Shown: positions 1-13,763, counted from the stretch's first letter. The stretch: 64,000 bases of DNA from Octopus sinensis (GCF_006345805.1 NC_042997.1:183830001-183894000), one strand, 5' to 3'. Notes: generated by a model not told the origin, from the sequence alone. Program-made: numbers and translations.

Positions 1-256
1 CATAACAAATGGGAAATGAGAGATAATCTGTGGATATTTAAGCGGTCTGAAATTACTTGTTTTCCAGCATATTTAAAAAAAGATCCATAAAGATCTAAGT
101 TAATTGAGAGTGCAATGATAAACTTCTGCATAATATAAAATACTTTGCCAATAATTATTAGGAAACCTCAGTCAACATCAGGCTTTTGAAAGCAAACCAA
201 AGCCCTTTCTGTTTATTAATTCATAACAATAAATGTAAAAATTTCATAATACATAC

Positions 257-335
257 TTGCTTTGTTCCAAAAATATTAGCGATATTTTCTTTAACTGAAC
301 ACTTTCCAATTGATGATACAATTAATGATCTTGAT
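257..335 (-). CDS. PMS2: PMS2 exon 6 (gene continues left of window)
   Basis: Pyrimidine tract + ctcag, gtatgt donor, phase 2-0; [26 protein letters not shown] aligns to human SIKENIGSVFGQKQ. Missed by the ORF track. Confidence 0.92.
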
Positions 336-1548
336 CTGAGGAATACCAAGAAAAGAAATTTTGAAAAGTGAGAAAGGAAATTCTTATCTTTCAAAATTAA
401 AATCTACAAATTCATTAATGGTTATAATAAACAAGTTTGGTATCAACATAATTTTTATGGCTAAATCTAAAACCTACAAAAATCCCCACAAAAATATATA
501 CAATTCAGTAGCAGGAAAAGAACTATATACAAATCGGTGTCAGAAAAAAATAATAAAATACTATTTTAACTACTAGTCACACAAGTCAACACACTACAAG
601 TACTAGCCTCAAGATGTCCCAACTCCAACTTTTATCTCTTCTGTTACAATAGTAGATTTTGCTCCTCTGAGCTAGAAAACAGTGTACTAACTAATACAAT
701 TACCTCCCACCCTCACATCAGCCATACTTTGCCTTAACCCACAAATAATTTTCCCTTTTTCAACAAGAGCTTGTTCCTTACTCATCTTATCATTGCAAAC
801 ATAAACCTACAAATGTTCCAACTGAACATCTACATCAAACTCATCAGTTGCCTTCACTTTCCAAACTTCAGAACATATCTCAATTCAGAAAGCCGTTGGG
901 AATATTACGTTCTTGTGATGGCCTTTTAGCAAGAAGAAACTTTTATCCCATCCACTCAATACCAAGAAACTGCAGATGAGCAACAATCTTTATGAACCTT
1001 TTGCGATTTGAGAGGCAATGATTTTAATTATCACTCATTCCTTAACTGAAAAGTAAGACTGGAATTTTACTGTGAAGCAAATATAAAAAAGTAGGCTCAT
1101 TTTCTACTGCATTGCACAGTCTATTTAAAAATAATTTTAGTTTAAATATGTAAAATAATAATAAATGCGCTCTTTTAAAGCTTAGCCAGGCTCATAGGCC
1201 CAGTTTCCCGGTTTCAATGGCGTATGTGTTCCTCAGCTGGACGAGACGCCAGTCCATTGCAGTGTTACTCATTTTTGCCAGCTGAGTGGACTGGAGCAAT
1301 GTGAAATGAAGTGTTTTGCTCAAGAACACAATGCGTTGCCCGGTCCAGGAATCGAAACCACAATCTTACGGTCATGATGCTGACACCCTAAACCACTTAA
1401 CCACGTGCCTCCACAGTTTAGATATGTGCTGTCACCTTTTTATTTATAAACAGAATTGATCACTAAGTTTAATGATTCTTCTTCCTTCCCAAAGATGCAA
1501 TTTTATTTACTTAAATTCCTTTAAAATGACTCTAAAAACATTACTTAC

Positions 1549-1718
1549 CCTTTTCCAACCTGGTTATAACATGAAATCCTCACACCGACGTTAATAAGGC
1601 AGTAGGAATTCAAAATTTGAACCATTTTAAAGAATTCTTTTTTCAAGTTCCTTAAAAATTCTTTATGCCTAACAGGTAGTGTTGAAAACAAATTCTCCAA
1701 TATGACAGTGCATCCTGG
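1549..1718 (-). CDS. PMS2: PMS2 exon 5
   Basis: ctgcag...gtaagt; [29 protein letters not shown]...YNQVGKG (PMS2-type [12 protein letters not shown]). Confidence 0.97.
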
Positions 1719-2511
1719 CTGCAGATGAAAATACATTTAAGTTAAATGCACATTCAAAGAAATTACATAAGGTTGAAGAAAGAAATGAAAATATTTTGAC
1801 TCTGAAACAATCATTTTACTAACATTTGAATTGTGTTTATTACAATCTCTAAAAGTCTACGTTTCTGAAATTATTTTTATTTATTATATCAATTAGTCAA
1901 AGAGCAGTAACTCTAGCTCTTAGAAAACCCATCAAGTTGACATGGTTGACATTGTAGATTAATGTTTGTAAGGAAAACATGGGAAAAGAAGGAGCTTCAG
2001 GGGTTTTAACAAAATTATCATCAATGGCCTAACAAGTATCTGTTATATGTGGGTTGAGAAAGAGATGACCACAGTATTGGCACAAACCAAAGAAGAGTTC
2101 ATCATTGAAACAAATGCCTTTCTTATAGATGATGCCTGATATGCCATTAATTAAAGATTGTGGACTATACCAATTACATAGAACATCATCATCGTTTAAC
2201 ATCCGCTTTCCATGCTAGTATGGGTTGGACGATTTGACTGAGGTCTGGTGAAACAGATGGCTGCACCAGACTCCAATCTGTTCTAGCAGAGTTTCTACAG
2301 CTGGATGCCCTTCCTAGTGCCAACCACTCCGAGAGTGTAGTGGGTGCTTTTACGTGCCACCAGCATGAGGGCCAGTTAGGTGGTACTGGCAACGGCCATG
2401 CTCAAATGGTGCTTTTTATGTGCCACCTGCACAGGAACCAGTCCAGCGGTACTGGCAATACAATAAATGTGAAAATAATTTTCTTTCTCTAAATGTTTTT
2501 ATAATACATAC

Positions 2512-2598
2512 TTGCTTTGTTCCAAAAATATTGGCGATATTTTCTTTAACTGAACACTTTCCAATTGATGATACAATTAATGATCTTGATCCTTGATT
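2512..2598 (-). pseudogene. Duplicate of PMS2 exon 6 inside intron 4 (pseudo-exon or candidate cassette exon)
   Basis: 2501-2591 matches 246-336 at 90/91 nt and keeps the gtatgt donor; candidate acceptor tacag at 2599-2603. Confidence 0.8.
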
Positions 2599-2714
2599 CT
2601 GTATTTGGTTTGCAATATTCTTGATGTAAACTCATCCATTGAAGCGACCTTCCCGAGATACAATGAAATAAGACACAAAAAGTAAGGAAATATAAAGAAA
2701 TGAATGCATCTTAC

Positions 2715-2920
2715 TTGTCTTGCACAAGGTGTGCGTGAATTAATCTTTCCATGATGATCAAATTGGAGTTTTGTACCAACTGAAGCATTTATATGTCTGG
2801 TGATAACTGTTAGTTTACTGAGGGCACACAATGAACTCAATGCTTCTCCACGAAACCCAAATGTTTCTACTAAGGTGAGGTCAGAAATATCCTTCAGTTT
2901 GGAGGTATAATGTTTCAAAG
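2715..2920 (-). CDS. PMS2: PMS2 exon 4
   Basis: ctcag...gtaaga; TLKHYTSKL...[16 protein letters not shown]...[21 protein letters not shown]. Confidence 0.97.
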
Positions 2921-3047
2921 CTGAGAAAATCCCAAAACAAAGAAAATTAATTTTAAACTTTTAAAATTTGGCATATAAGTATATTTTAAAGTTTTGTTTA
3001 TTTTCATTTATTTATCAGTTTTAAACACACACACAGTTCTATGGTAA

Positions 3048-3300
3048 TCATAATCATTGTTCGACCGTGGTCGAGACAATGGAATACCGTGCCACGCCAG
3101 ACCTCACAGTTCATCATAGCATTACGGAGGTCCTGTTGCTGGATGGCTGTATCCCTAGAGATTACATCAGGGTAAGAGAGTGTGCGCCCTTTGGTGTCGC
3201 GAGCAGATGGCTTCCAGAGGAGAAGAGTAGAAATTACCTCGTTTTCAGCTCTACAACAATACCCAGGAAACTGGACTCTTCTACCTTTCACAAGAGATGA
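3048..3300 (-). mobile_element. RTE-clade LINE 3' end
   Basis: RRVQF.G.CCRAENE..TLLLWKP...YPDVISRDT..DLRNAMM; matches 15594-15845. Confidence 0.85.
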
Positions 3301-4323
3301 TAAAGTGTATGAGGTGGTTTTACTACACTTGTATCTGAATTATTAATACTTCCCCTGAAGTATTAATACTGAGAAGAATTTGATTTGTTGTTAACTAAGA
3401 AAACTGAAGTGACAATGGTTGCATACATACAAAATAAAATAGCAACAGCAAAATTTGAATGAGACCCTGGAATTAGTAGTTCAACACATTACAGCCCTTT
3501 TTTTACGTCGATAATGACTCTACTTCAGATTTTGGATATTTAGTGAATTGCTGAAGTGGTATTCATTTTTTTTCCCCCTCTCTCATTTAAGTGGGGTAGT
3601 TTTCTGCAGGATAATCATTCAATTACAAGGTGAAAAAGTAATTTTCAGCGAAGTGAGACTAAGTTAAGAGTAACTTATCAAGGGACGCAACTCCTTGTCA
3701 TTGCTGAGATACATCTGTAAATTAGATTTTTTAACCTTACAGCCACTACACATCTCTTACCTTGGGTTCAAGATTTTTAAATATAACTAGCAGAGATACT
3801 CGGCCTTGCTCAGAATTAAAACTGCATAGATTTTTATTGCTTTACTTATTTCAGTCATGTGACTGCAGCCAAGCTGGAGCACCACCGTTGGTCGAAGAAA
3901 TCAATCACAAGATTTATTCATTGTAAGCCTAGTACTCATTCTGTCAGTGTCTTTTACCAAACTGCTAAGTTACAGGAATGTAAACACAGCAACATCAGTG
4001 GTCAAGCAATGGTGGGGGTACAAATACAAGACACACACACAAATATACACATATACACAACAGTCTTCTTTCAGTTTCCAAGTACGAAATCCACCCACAA
4101 AGTTTTGGTCGGTGCGAATGGCTTTATTATACGGTGCCATATTTTACAATTCTGTATATAATAATAATAATAATAATGGTATTTTTATATAAGCTTAAAG
4201 CTTATGCCGTTCACCGTGCAATGACTAAGGAAAATAGTCTAATAATATAAGCCCTCGACAGAAAAAAAAAAAAGACTTTCCCTGGCATTTGGAAAGAATT
4301 TAATGCAGTAACAATACACTTAC

Positions 4324-4410
4324 TTAAACCTTCAAAATTTTCTTCTGCGACGCCACAACCATTATCAATAACTTCAATCAACTCAGAACCATATTCTTTT
4401 AATTTAATTT
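4324..4410 (-). CDS. PMS2: PMS2 exon 3
   Basis: ttgcag...gtaagt; [29 protein letters not shown] (DNGxG motif); 87 nt, phase 1-1. Confidence 0.97.
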
Positions 4411-5546
4411 CTGCAAATCAAATTGACATTGATAAAAACACATAGATTAGATTAAATATTAGATAAGTTGTCATAGGAACTGCGAACTATTTACAATAAT
4501 TTGAAGTTGTTAATCCAATCCATCTGTGATAATAATAGCTATGATCAACTTTTACTACTTTACTAAACTCAAACTAGAAATACATTTCCATAGATAAAAT
4601 ATTTCCCATTGAGCAGATTTCCTCATGCTAGTAACTAAAATATGAAGCAGAAGCAGTACTTATTTTCAGGTACTGACAAAGTTGGAACCTCAGCTAATTA
4701 TAATTGTTAAGATGCAAAGTTTCTAAATATTTTTTGTCTCTTCCTTCTCGAGCCATGCCTGGCTCATAAGGGCCGGTTTCCCAGTTTCCTTGGTGTATAG
4801 GTTCCCCACCTGGATGGGATGATGGTCCGTCGCAGGTGAGCTGCAAGATGCAGGAAGAAAGAATGAGAGAAAGTTGTGGCGAAAGAGTCAGAAGTTCGCC
4901 ATTACCTTCTGTCAGAGTCACGTGGAGCTTAGGTGTTTCGCTCATAAACACACACATCGCCCAATCTGAGATTCAAACCCATGATCTAATCACTAGGCCA
5001 TGTGCCTCCAAATAATATAATAAACAGCTTTGTAAAAAACATTAAAAAAAGTGAAGTTAAATCATGCTACAGCGTTACTAAAATACCCATTTCATTTGAT
5101 GCAAAAAAAAAAGACAGAAAACATATGCTCACAAAAATAGCTTTATTAACAAAATATACTTATATTAAAGGATGGTTTGTATGCAGCAATAATAAAAAAA
5201 GGGCCTATTTCACTTTCTTATATTGTTATCAACACAAAACACTTTGAATGGAAACAAAACTAGGTACAGCACAATCTGGCTGTGACACCTTTCTACTACC
5301 CCAAATGAAAAGCTGTTTGATGACTCAGTTCAGAATGAGGTATGGCATAATCAAGATGGATCATTTCCGTACTTTACATTACTAATATTTACTTCTATAG
5401 CAATAGTCTACTCAAACAATGTTGGTAAGGCTTTCACAAAAACAACTAAGCATAAAATGATATTAACAAAATGTAGAAAGGCAGGTCCTTCAAAACTATT
5501 TCAATAAAAATGAAAAAATTTCTAAAACAATGATGTTGATACATAC

Positions 5547-5734
5547 CGACAGTTGTGGCTCCAGCATCTATACTGTTCTCAACAAGTTCTTTAACGCCTG
5601 TTGCTAGATTAACAATGACCTGACCAGAGCATATGTGATGAATTGATTTACGATCAATTGCCTGGATAGTATCTTTCTGAAATGTTCGATTCTTCAGAAA
5701 TTCTTCACTGTCATTTTGGCTGGAACTCGTAGCA
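5547..5734 (-). CDS. PMS2: PMS2 exon 2
   Basis: ctacag acceptor, gtatgt donor; encodes [40 protein letters not shown] (MutL GHKL motif I). Confidence 0.97.
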
Positions 5735-5811
5735 CTGTAGATATTAAAAATTACATGTCATTTAATATTTATTAGAAATAACTAAAACACTACCAAGTCA
5801 CTTATAAATAA

Positions 5812-6210
5812 CTAGCAGTATCACCCGGCGTTGCTCGGGTTTGTAAGGGAAATAACTATATAAGCATTTTTAGAGATGTAAAGTATAATAGCCATCTCAA
5901 TATGGCTAACCACAAAGGTGGGGGGGGGGTATTGTAGCTTTTTACGTTCTGAGATTTAATAATAAATTTTTAGAGAGTTACTTCCCTTATATATGCCAAA
6001 AATGCATTAAAAATGGGAAAAATAGATGGTAAATTTTTTTTTAAATCGTAGACTTATCGTAGACGCGCGCTAATACCCAGAAGGGCTCGATATGAATCAC
6101 GACTATAAGATACCCGGTTTTGGTTAAACTGCACCGCAAAATGTGGGAGTAGTTAGGAATCTAAATCGTAGGAGACAGACAGCACACAACCTCACTTTTA
6201 TATATAAAGA
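5812..6210 (-). mobile_element. Non-autonomous Helitron copy 1
   Basis: On - strand A|TC...hairpin CCCG/CGGG...CTAG|T. Confidence 0.8.
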
Positions 6211-6706
6211 TGATGATGATGGTGTGAGTGAGAGTTTATAACAAGGAGAGTATTCCATACAGAAGTAGGGTGTAATTATTTATTAATGTGCTGAAATTAC
6301 TCTCTATTTTATTCTTACATTTTTAGAGTTTTATAAGTGTTGTCCTTCATGCTACTGATTTTCAAAGAGCAAAACTTTATTTACAACAAAGATATGTGTG
6401 AGTAGGCACCCATATGGACTCCATCCCATTTCACAGCCTGTATCTACTGAAATCTCACCAATAACCCACTAGAAGAATCCCATCTCTCTAAGTCTATAAA
6501 ACTATCTTCATACTGATTGCATCACTAAATATTTCACAAGCATAACAGCTAGTGATTTCAAGGGAAGATTTATGCAACTTATGCATGCCGTCAGAGGTAG
6601 GAACAAGGAAAAGTGAAAAAAAGACATTCCTATAGATGTGTAACCACTGACTTTGTTGCTTCATAACTTCCAGGAAAATGGATGCTTTTTAACGAAATTT
6701 TCAACA

Positions 6707-7285
6707 AATAATAATAATAATACATTGTGTACAGTGCTCAGGTGCACAACAACTCATCTAAAGTGTATGTATAGTACATAGGGTAATGTACAAGCGTCAG
6801 GAAAAGAACAGTGCATGAGTCATGACATACACATATGTGTATGAGTATGGAAGGGGGACAATCAGGTGTAGTTTCGGTGGATTTCGGAAAGCATGAGGGC
6901 CTTAAAGGATGCAGTGTCATGGCAGTCAACAACTGACGCAGGCAGTTTGTTCCATGCTTCAGCAACTCTGAGCGTGAAAAAATGTTTCTGAAAGTCATGG
7001 GAGCTGTGCTGTTTTCTGACTTTGTAGGCATGTCCACGTGTGTTGGACACATGGAGATCAAAAAGGTGTTCAGTGGTGTTGTTGGTGAGGTGGTTGATAA
7101 CTTTGTGGGTGTTTACCAAGTCCATCGCCAGACGCCGGAGCTTCAGTGAATCCATGCCCAGGGAAACAAGGCGCTCAGAGTATGGTAGGTGTCTGATGGA
7201 GGGTATGTGTTTGGTTGCATGTCTCTGAGCAGATTTCAGGAGGTCAATGTTCTGAGCAAGATAGGGGTTCCAAACTGATGATGCA
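6707..7285 (-). mobile_element. CR1/L2-group LINE 3' end
   Basis: NTRGHAYKVRK..FFTLRVAEAWNKLPASVV; (TTA)n tail. Confidence 0.88.
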
Positions 7286-7289
7286 AATT

Positions 7290-8191
7290 AGATTAAGAGT
7301 ATATAGGGATTAATCCTAGCAATGACCTTTTCAGGCTTTTCAATATTTTAAAATTATAAATAGAATGGGGTGTAGGGTTGAAAAAAATCATAAATTTCCA
7401 AAATTTTTTTTATAGTATAAATGTGTTAATGGGGAGAAAAACCTCATGATAAAGAAATGAGGAGGGTGTTTTAAGGATATGCTAGAAACAACAGCCTAAT
7501 CTCCCTTAGATCACACACTTTTCCCTCTGAAAATATTTACAAATATTTTTTTTTTTTTATCGTAAAGCTGTTCCCATTTTTTTTTTAAAGTGCGCAGGGC
7601 CAAAAAATTGACCAAAATTGGTTTGGAGTCGGGGATTGAGATGGGTAAGGCGAAAAAAATATTATAAATTTTCAAAACTATTTTTTCATAAAAAGATAAC
7701 CCCAACATCATTTCGAAGGCCGTGATGAAAAAAAAAAACAAAAAGAGAAAATCCCAGTCAAAACGGAGAAATTCCAACTTATGTGGGCTTCTTGATCCGA
7801 AAATCCTCACCTAATTCCCTCGGAAAAAAAAATTCATAACAAATTCTTTTATAATCGTAATCTATGCTGTTTGAAAGGTATTTGTATAAAATTTCATTAA
7901 AAGATACCCATTTTCCCGAAAACTGAGGCAAAAAAGTCGGGCCGTGTGAATTTTCCGAAACTCCTCCCCCCCCACACCTTCGGAAAAATTCTTTCCAACA
8001 GATCACTATATACTCTAAATCTACAACATCTAAGTAGTATTTGTTGAAGGCTTCGGTAAAAAGTATCCATTTTCCTGGATGTTATGAGGCAACAAAATCG
8101 GGGGTTGGGTACACATCTGCAGGAATGCAAAAAAAAAAGAAGGGGGGAGAATCCAACATATGCGAGCGTCCTTATCCGAAAACGGGGCTAG
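7290..8191 (+). mobile_element. Helitron-like composite
   Basis: Ends CCG-aaaa-CGG-GG-CTAG|T; 5' boundary uncertain. Confidence 0.4.
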
Positions 8192-8243
8192 TACAGAATC
8201 GCACCTTTCTTTGAAAAAGGCAATTTTGGAAAAAATGTTATCG

Positions 8244-8786
8244 GATTCCTAATTTTTAGATGTCAGAGATTATGAATATGCAAAAAAAAAAATTAATTTC
8301 ATCCCTAAATTTTAAATTTTGATCTTGTTTATTAAAAAGGTTGCAAGACGCAACGCAAATTTTTGAAAAGAAAATAAGTAAATGAGTAGAAATTTTGGTA
8401 AAATTTTACTGGTGAGTGTGTTAAATTATAAGGCACAACAGAATATGCTTCAATACACGAACTCACATAAAGAATCTTGCAAACCAAACATTAATATGTT
8501 TAATAATTAATGTTATAAAGTTTAAGACGGGGCTCAAATTTCACCCTTCCCCCAATTTTAAATTTTGAACTTTTTCATCCATTTATTTATTTGCCTGTCT
8601 ATTTATCCCTGTCTGTTTATTCATGAAATATATTTGCCAACTAAATGTGGATGGTGTTGTTGTTTTTAGCCCCAGGAAGACATTCATATCTATCTATACA
8701 CATACCTATATGCTTATTGAATTAAAAATTTTGAAAACGTGCTTTCTTGCATATTCATAATCTCCGACATCTAAAACGTAGGAATC
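8244..8786. mobile_element. MITE-like element with ~40-bp inverted repeats
   Basis: 8244-8283 GATTCCTAATTTTTAGATGTCAGAGATTATGAATATGCAA vs reverse complement of 8747-8786. Confidence 0.6.
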
Positions 8787-8895
8787 TGGCGAAACTGCAT
8801 TAGCTCTTCCGAAACTCCACCCATGCATTTATATGTCAGATAAATGCTTATATCGCTAACAATAGCAAGGTGTATATATTCAATTCGCTTGGTTT

Positions 8896-8980
8896 GGCGA
8901 AGGTAAAGAACACGCACACCCTGTGTTTAGGGATAGGGTTATGCCGAAAATGGGTGGTGTGCGTATTCTTTACTTTCGCC
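8896..8980. repeat. Small hairpin, 25-bp arms
   Basis: GGCGAAGGTAAAGAACACGCACACC / GGTGTGCGTATTCTTTACTTTCGCC, 2 mismatches. Confidence 0.85.
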
Positions 8981-9334
8981 GAATTCTGGTTTAAGCACCC
9001 CGTATAAACTCTCTTACTGTAAATATACAGTTACGAAAATGCAGTATTAAACATGTTAAGCTACTATAACATCTTAAGAACCTTGTATTTGATATTACAA
9101 AGAAAAAGCGCACAAAACGAGTCAGTGTCACAGCTCTCATAAAACTCTCATAATGGTGATGTTGGTGTTGACGCTTTAACCATGCAATAACAAGTGTCCT
9201 TAGTAAGCCCTTCCTGCAAAAGACCGTGGATAGGGAAAGAAGGGCAGACCGGAAAATGGACGGGAAACCTCAGTAAATGGACAAGTAAATAAAAGTGGAC
9301 CAAGTTCTGGTACACAGCAGTGACAAGTCATTAT

Positions 9335-9707
9335 CTGCCGTAACTCTGAGCACCTTTTCAAACTCCACCTGTCTAACACCCGTGGATACGTTTACAAAGT
9401 CAGAAAACAGCACAGCTCCCATGACTTTCGGAAACATTTTTTCACGCTAAGAGTTGCTGAAGCATGGAACAGACTGCCAGCATCAGTTGTTAGTTGTCGG
9501 AGCACTGCATCCTTCAAAACTTCCATGCTTCCTAAGATTCGCCAACACTGCACCTGATTTTCTCCCCTCCATACACGCAAGCATGTAGCTGACTCGAACA
9601 CTGTTCGCTTTCCAGACATTAGTACATTACTGCATATGCTTTATACGCACTTTTGACAAGTTGTGGTGCACCTGAACACTGTATACAATAATTTCATTAT
9701 TATTATT
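9335..9707 (+). mobile_element. CR1/L2-group LINE 3' end
   Basis: Same family as 6707-7285. Confidence 0.88.
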
Positions 9708-10153
9708 ATCACGACGGAGCACCGACAACAACATTACAAACTGAGGGCTCGAGCAAGCGAAATTTATGGATAAATTAGAGAAGGGAAGCCTTCATCTACT
9801 TGAAAAGAAAATATCTATTACACACAATACCGAGTAATAAAGAGGCGAGCCTGAAATCTATAGGCGAAGTGTCCTGAAAATGACACTATTTAATCGCGAG
9901 CATTATAGAGTTTAAGGCCGAAAATTATCAAACTGAGAAAAACATTATTAACGTCACCACGTCCCAACTCTATTTCCCAAACAATCAGTTTTTAACACTT
10001 ATGTAAGCAAACAACGGTGACAAGCACAAACCAGGTGTTCATACCATATAACAGAATTTCCCTTTCCTTTATATTTTTCCTAAGGGAAGATGATTAAATA
10101 GGTGTCATAAGACTGAGAAAATAATATTAAAACATATTAGTTGTTGCACATAC

Positions 10154-10176
10154 CTGTCACTGTTATTTTCTTCCAT
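10154..10176 (-). CDS. PMS2: PMS2 coding exon 1 (MEENNSD-S; alternative in-frame ATG at 10182)
   Basis: ATG GAA GAA AAT AAC AGT GAC AG|gtatgt; phase 2 matches the next exon. 23 nt, the same length I recall for human PMS2 exon 1. Confidence 0.75.
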
Positions 10177-11351
10177 CTTCATCTATCGTCACGACGCGGG
10201 AGTTTTAATACATTCATATCATTTAACAGTTTCCCAACAAACTCATTAACGAGCGCTTTGTATATTCTTAATTTCTTTACTTTTCTTTTTCGTTTTATCA
10301 ACGAGGAATTCTTGCCAATATATAAAATAATATAAAATAGTAATTAATTTATATCGAACAAAAAGTTTTAATTTACTGTAAACAATTTATAATTGTTGAT
10401 GCTATGAAGAAAGATAAATACTGAACATCCTTCGAAGCGGTGTAGTTATTGTAAATTTCATTAAAAACTTACAAACTATTTTAAGACTTTTACTCAGTAT
10501 ATAATTATTCTGCGTTGATTGTTATATATAGTAAATAGTAAATAAAGATTTTAATTCACTAAAAAAGCGCAAAACAAATCCATTAATATGTTTTTATAAT
10601 TAATTATACCGAGTTCCTTACAGAGATAGTTCCGAGCTGTTGGTATACGAATAAAGTTCAATTGATAAACAAGAGAATTATTCTTTTTTCGCTAAGATAA
10701 AAACTAAATTACATTCTAATAAAACTGTATTTTACATATTTAGTTTCAAAAGAGTTTCGTTTTGATCATGCTAACTGTGGTTCAGCTAATTTAAATTTGT
10801 GCGCGCGTGGTGTTTCTGCGAGCGTCAAAAGAGCATAGGACGCACTTTTGTGTGTGAAAAATTTCTAATTGACCGAAATTTATGGGACCGCTCGAAATGA
10901 TTATTAATTACAATTTAGAAGTGAGAGTATAAGTTGATAGCGAATTGGATCAGAAGAGTCTTCTTTCTCGGGTTATCATCTATATAATGTATACATTAAA
11001 AAAAAAAAAAGAATCAATGGAAATAATTATTCAAAGACGACATCACTTGAAAAACAATAGTTAGTTTTAAATTATTGAATGTAGTGAAGATTAATATTCA
11101 TAAGAATTACGCGGTGAAAAAAACAACAACATTAGCTCAATATTATTTTTAGACATTTCAGTAAGCACGGGAGATAACACCAGATATGCTTTAGTGTTAT
11201 TAGACCTCTTCAGTTATGTATAGATTTCACTGTAACTGCAGAAGTAGTGACGAGATAACCACTAAGTAGATGTAAAATATTGTGTACGAGTAGACATGAA
11301 AAATCAGCTAATTTAAATATTTACTTATTCCCATCTTTATTTCGGCAAGTA

Positions 11352-11865
11352 CGAGGGGCTTTCAGTAAGTAATGCTCCTGACCCACTTCCCATAGCAGTA
11401 AAGCAACGAAACTTGGCACAGTTATTAGTCTTTTCTACATAGGAACCACCCAGAGTTACGCATTTCTCCCATCGTTTGGTGCAGCTCTGGAGACCGTTTT
11501 TGTAGAAGACCCCAGCTTGGTCCTCCAACCACGACGTGACTTCAGAAATTAAGGCTGCATCATCTGGGAAACGCTTTCCTTTCAAAAACAACTTCATGGC
11601 TGGGAAGAGGTGAAAATCAGAGGGTGCAAGGTCAGGAGAGTAGGGGTTATGGGGGAGGAGTTCATAGCCGCACGCCCGTGCTTCTGATATGGCGACACGC
11701 GAGTTGTGAACCGGAGCGTTGTCCTGCAGGAGGAGGATGCCTTTGCTGATCTTGCCCCGCCTCTTGATTTTGATAGCTTCTCGTTAATTTCCTCAAAAGT
11801 GAAGCATAATAGGCTCCTATAATTGTGGTACCCTTTGCCAGGAAAACTGTCATCACTACTCCGTT
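11352..11865 (-). mobile_element. Mariner transposase relic (3' half)
   Basis: Across frameshifts: YYASLLRKL..LLLQDNAPVH..HPPYSPDLAPSDFHLF..KRWEKCV..G.YVEK (DD34D); TA|CGAGGGG TIR. Confidence 0.92.
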
Positions 11866-12160
11866 TTAGGGTTAGTGTTAGTGAATAAAGTCAAAATTGA
11901 AGAAGTTGGAGGGAAAGGGGAGGGGAATTTCACAATGCCGATTTTTGGCAATTTTCCGGAACCTCCGTATCCGAAAACGGGGATTTTTTGAAAAAAAAAA
12001 AAATTACAAAAATAAACAAATTTGGGAGAAAATGGGGGGGGGGGTCTTTCCAAGTGAAATAATTTAAAATACAGATAAGAGAGAAATAAGCGAAAAAATA
12101 TTTTATTGTGAAAGCATTTGAATATTATTATTTAATACAGGCAATCATAGGTAATTAAAA

Positions 12161-12575
12161 GGGATCTTTTCTGTTTGAACGGCAGTTTTTAACATAATTT
12201 CTAGGTAACTAAAAAATTTTAAACTTCATATACTAGTAGAATGTGTTTATAAAACATCTTTTTCTCTTGGCTTTATTGAGAAAATTCTATAGTTTGTAAG
12301 ATATTTGTTGTTTTTTTCCTTCAGTTTCTGCAATTTCAACCAATCAATGACGTCTATTGGAGGTGAAAACATTATGTGCCGTATGAATATGTCCCTCGTT
12401 TAAGAAACAGATTGGGTTTATTTACATTTGTGAAGAAAAAAAAAGATACCATTCCCCCCACCCCTAACCCTAAAACAGATTGAAAGGCAATGGATCGATA
12501 CTAGGGTCATAATTATGGGTGACAATTTCATATGACACCACTAGAAAAAACTGTCGTTCAAACCGAAAAGATCCA
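12161..12575 (+). mobile_element. GGGATC-TIR MITE copy 1
   Basis: ~30-bp TIR GGGATCTTTTCGGTTTGAACGGCAGTTTTT; TSD not retained. Confidence 0.9.
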
Positions 12576-13763
12576 CCTTCTTTTCTACTGTTGTTCGACA
12601 ACTGTTTACTGCAATGCCTATCCATTTTTTGTCAAAGAAGACATTCCACCTAAACTCATGTAAATCATTAACTTGAGAAACCGCCATATCGAATCAATTA
12701 ATGTCCCCTTTATGGCATTCATCTATCAAAACCCCTACCAGTTTTCAGGTTTTTTTAGCCGTCAGTTTTGATTAATGTCAGTAGTTTTTTTTTTTTAAGG
12801 CATGACCTTCACACAAGCACACTCCATTTATATTTCTACACTTGCGCTTTATGTAGACGCTTGATTCAATCCATTCTTCAAATATTCGTAATTACTGTGG
12901 GACAATCGAGCAGATCAAATCAAAGGTCCTCAAGTCGTGAACATCCCTTTTTTAAAGGGTATTTATAAAATGTGTTCTTTTACAAGATAGTAGGGGGTAA
13001 TTTGAGGAAGGTAGGGCTGTTATTTCTAACAGGTCGAGCGGTCGCATAGAAGCCGGAGTTTATTTATCTATTTTTTAAAATTAAAAGTATGCAAGCCACA
13101 TGCAGTTTTTAAATGGAAATTAAGAAGTAAATTTCCAGGTCGATTTCAGTCGTTTCCCGACTCCCTAATCTCTTCACGTAGAAAAAAAAAAAAGGTGGGA
13201 GGACTTATTCAAAAGAAACTAAATATTTAAGTTGTCATTGCAAGTTCCCTAATAAACTATAATTTTAAGATTTAGTAATTTCTTTTTGGAAAAGGGGATT
13301 CAAAGAAAACAATACGAAGTGGTAACCTTTTTAAAACAGTAATCGATATATTTCGAAATAATTCTTATATATTTGTGAACCAATATAAATCGGTTTTTAA
13401 GAATACGAAACCAATATTTACATAAAATAAATTTGGATAATTCCAATAAAGATATTTAGAAATTCTTAGACAAATCGAATTTATATTAATTGATGAAGTT
13501 TGAGCTGCAAATAAGTTGAAGCTTTCAACGAAAACAGTTTTCTGAGTGATCTGTGATATTGGAAATCGAACCTGACTGTTTTCAAATTTCCTTAGTTTCG
13601 AACATTGTCACATCTTACGAAAATGCCCAACGATTCATCAAAGAAAATTAATTTTATTTTATCTCTTTAATTGGAAACGTAACTTAACATGACATCATTA
13701 TAAACTTCATTTGTTTTCATAATAAATATTGCACGGCTCTATATTACATATAATATAAGTGCA

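Noticed and set aside
780-1071. PMS2 exon after a cacag acceptor (GKIPVLLFS)
   Set aside because: In-frame stop after 9 codons; the true next exon is 257-335.
10780-10990. Possible snRNA/ncRNA in the intergenic CpG-richer patch
   Set aside because: No recognisable U snRNA sequence or Sm site in a fitting structure.
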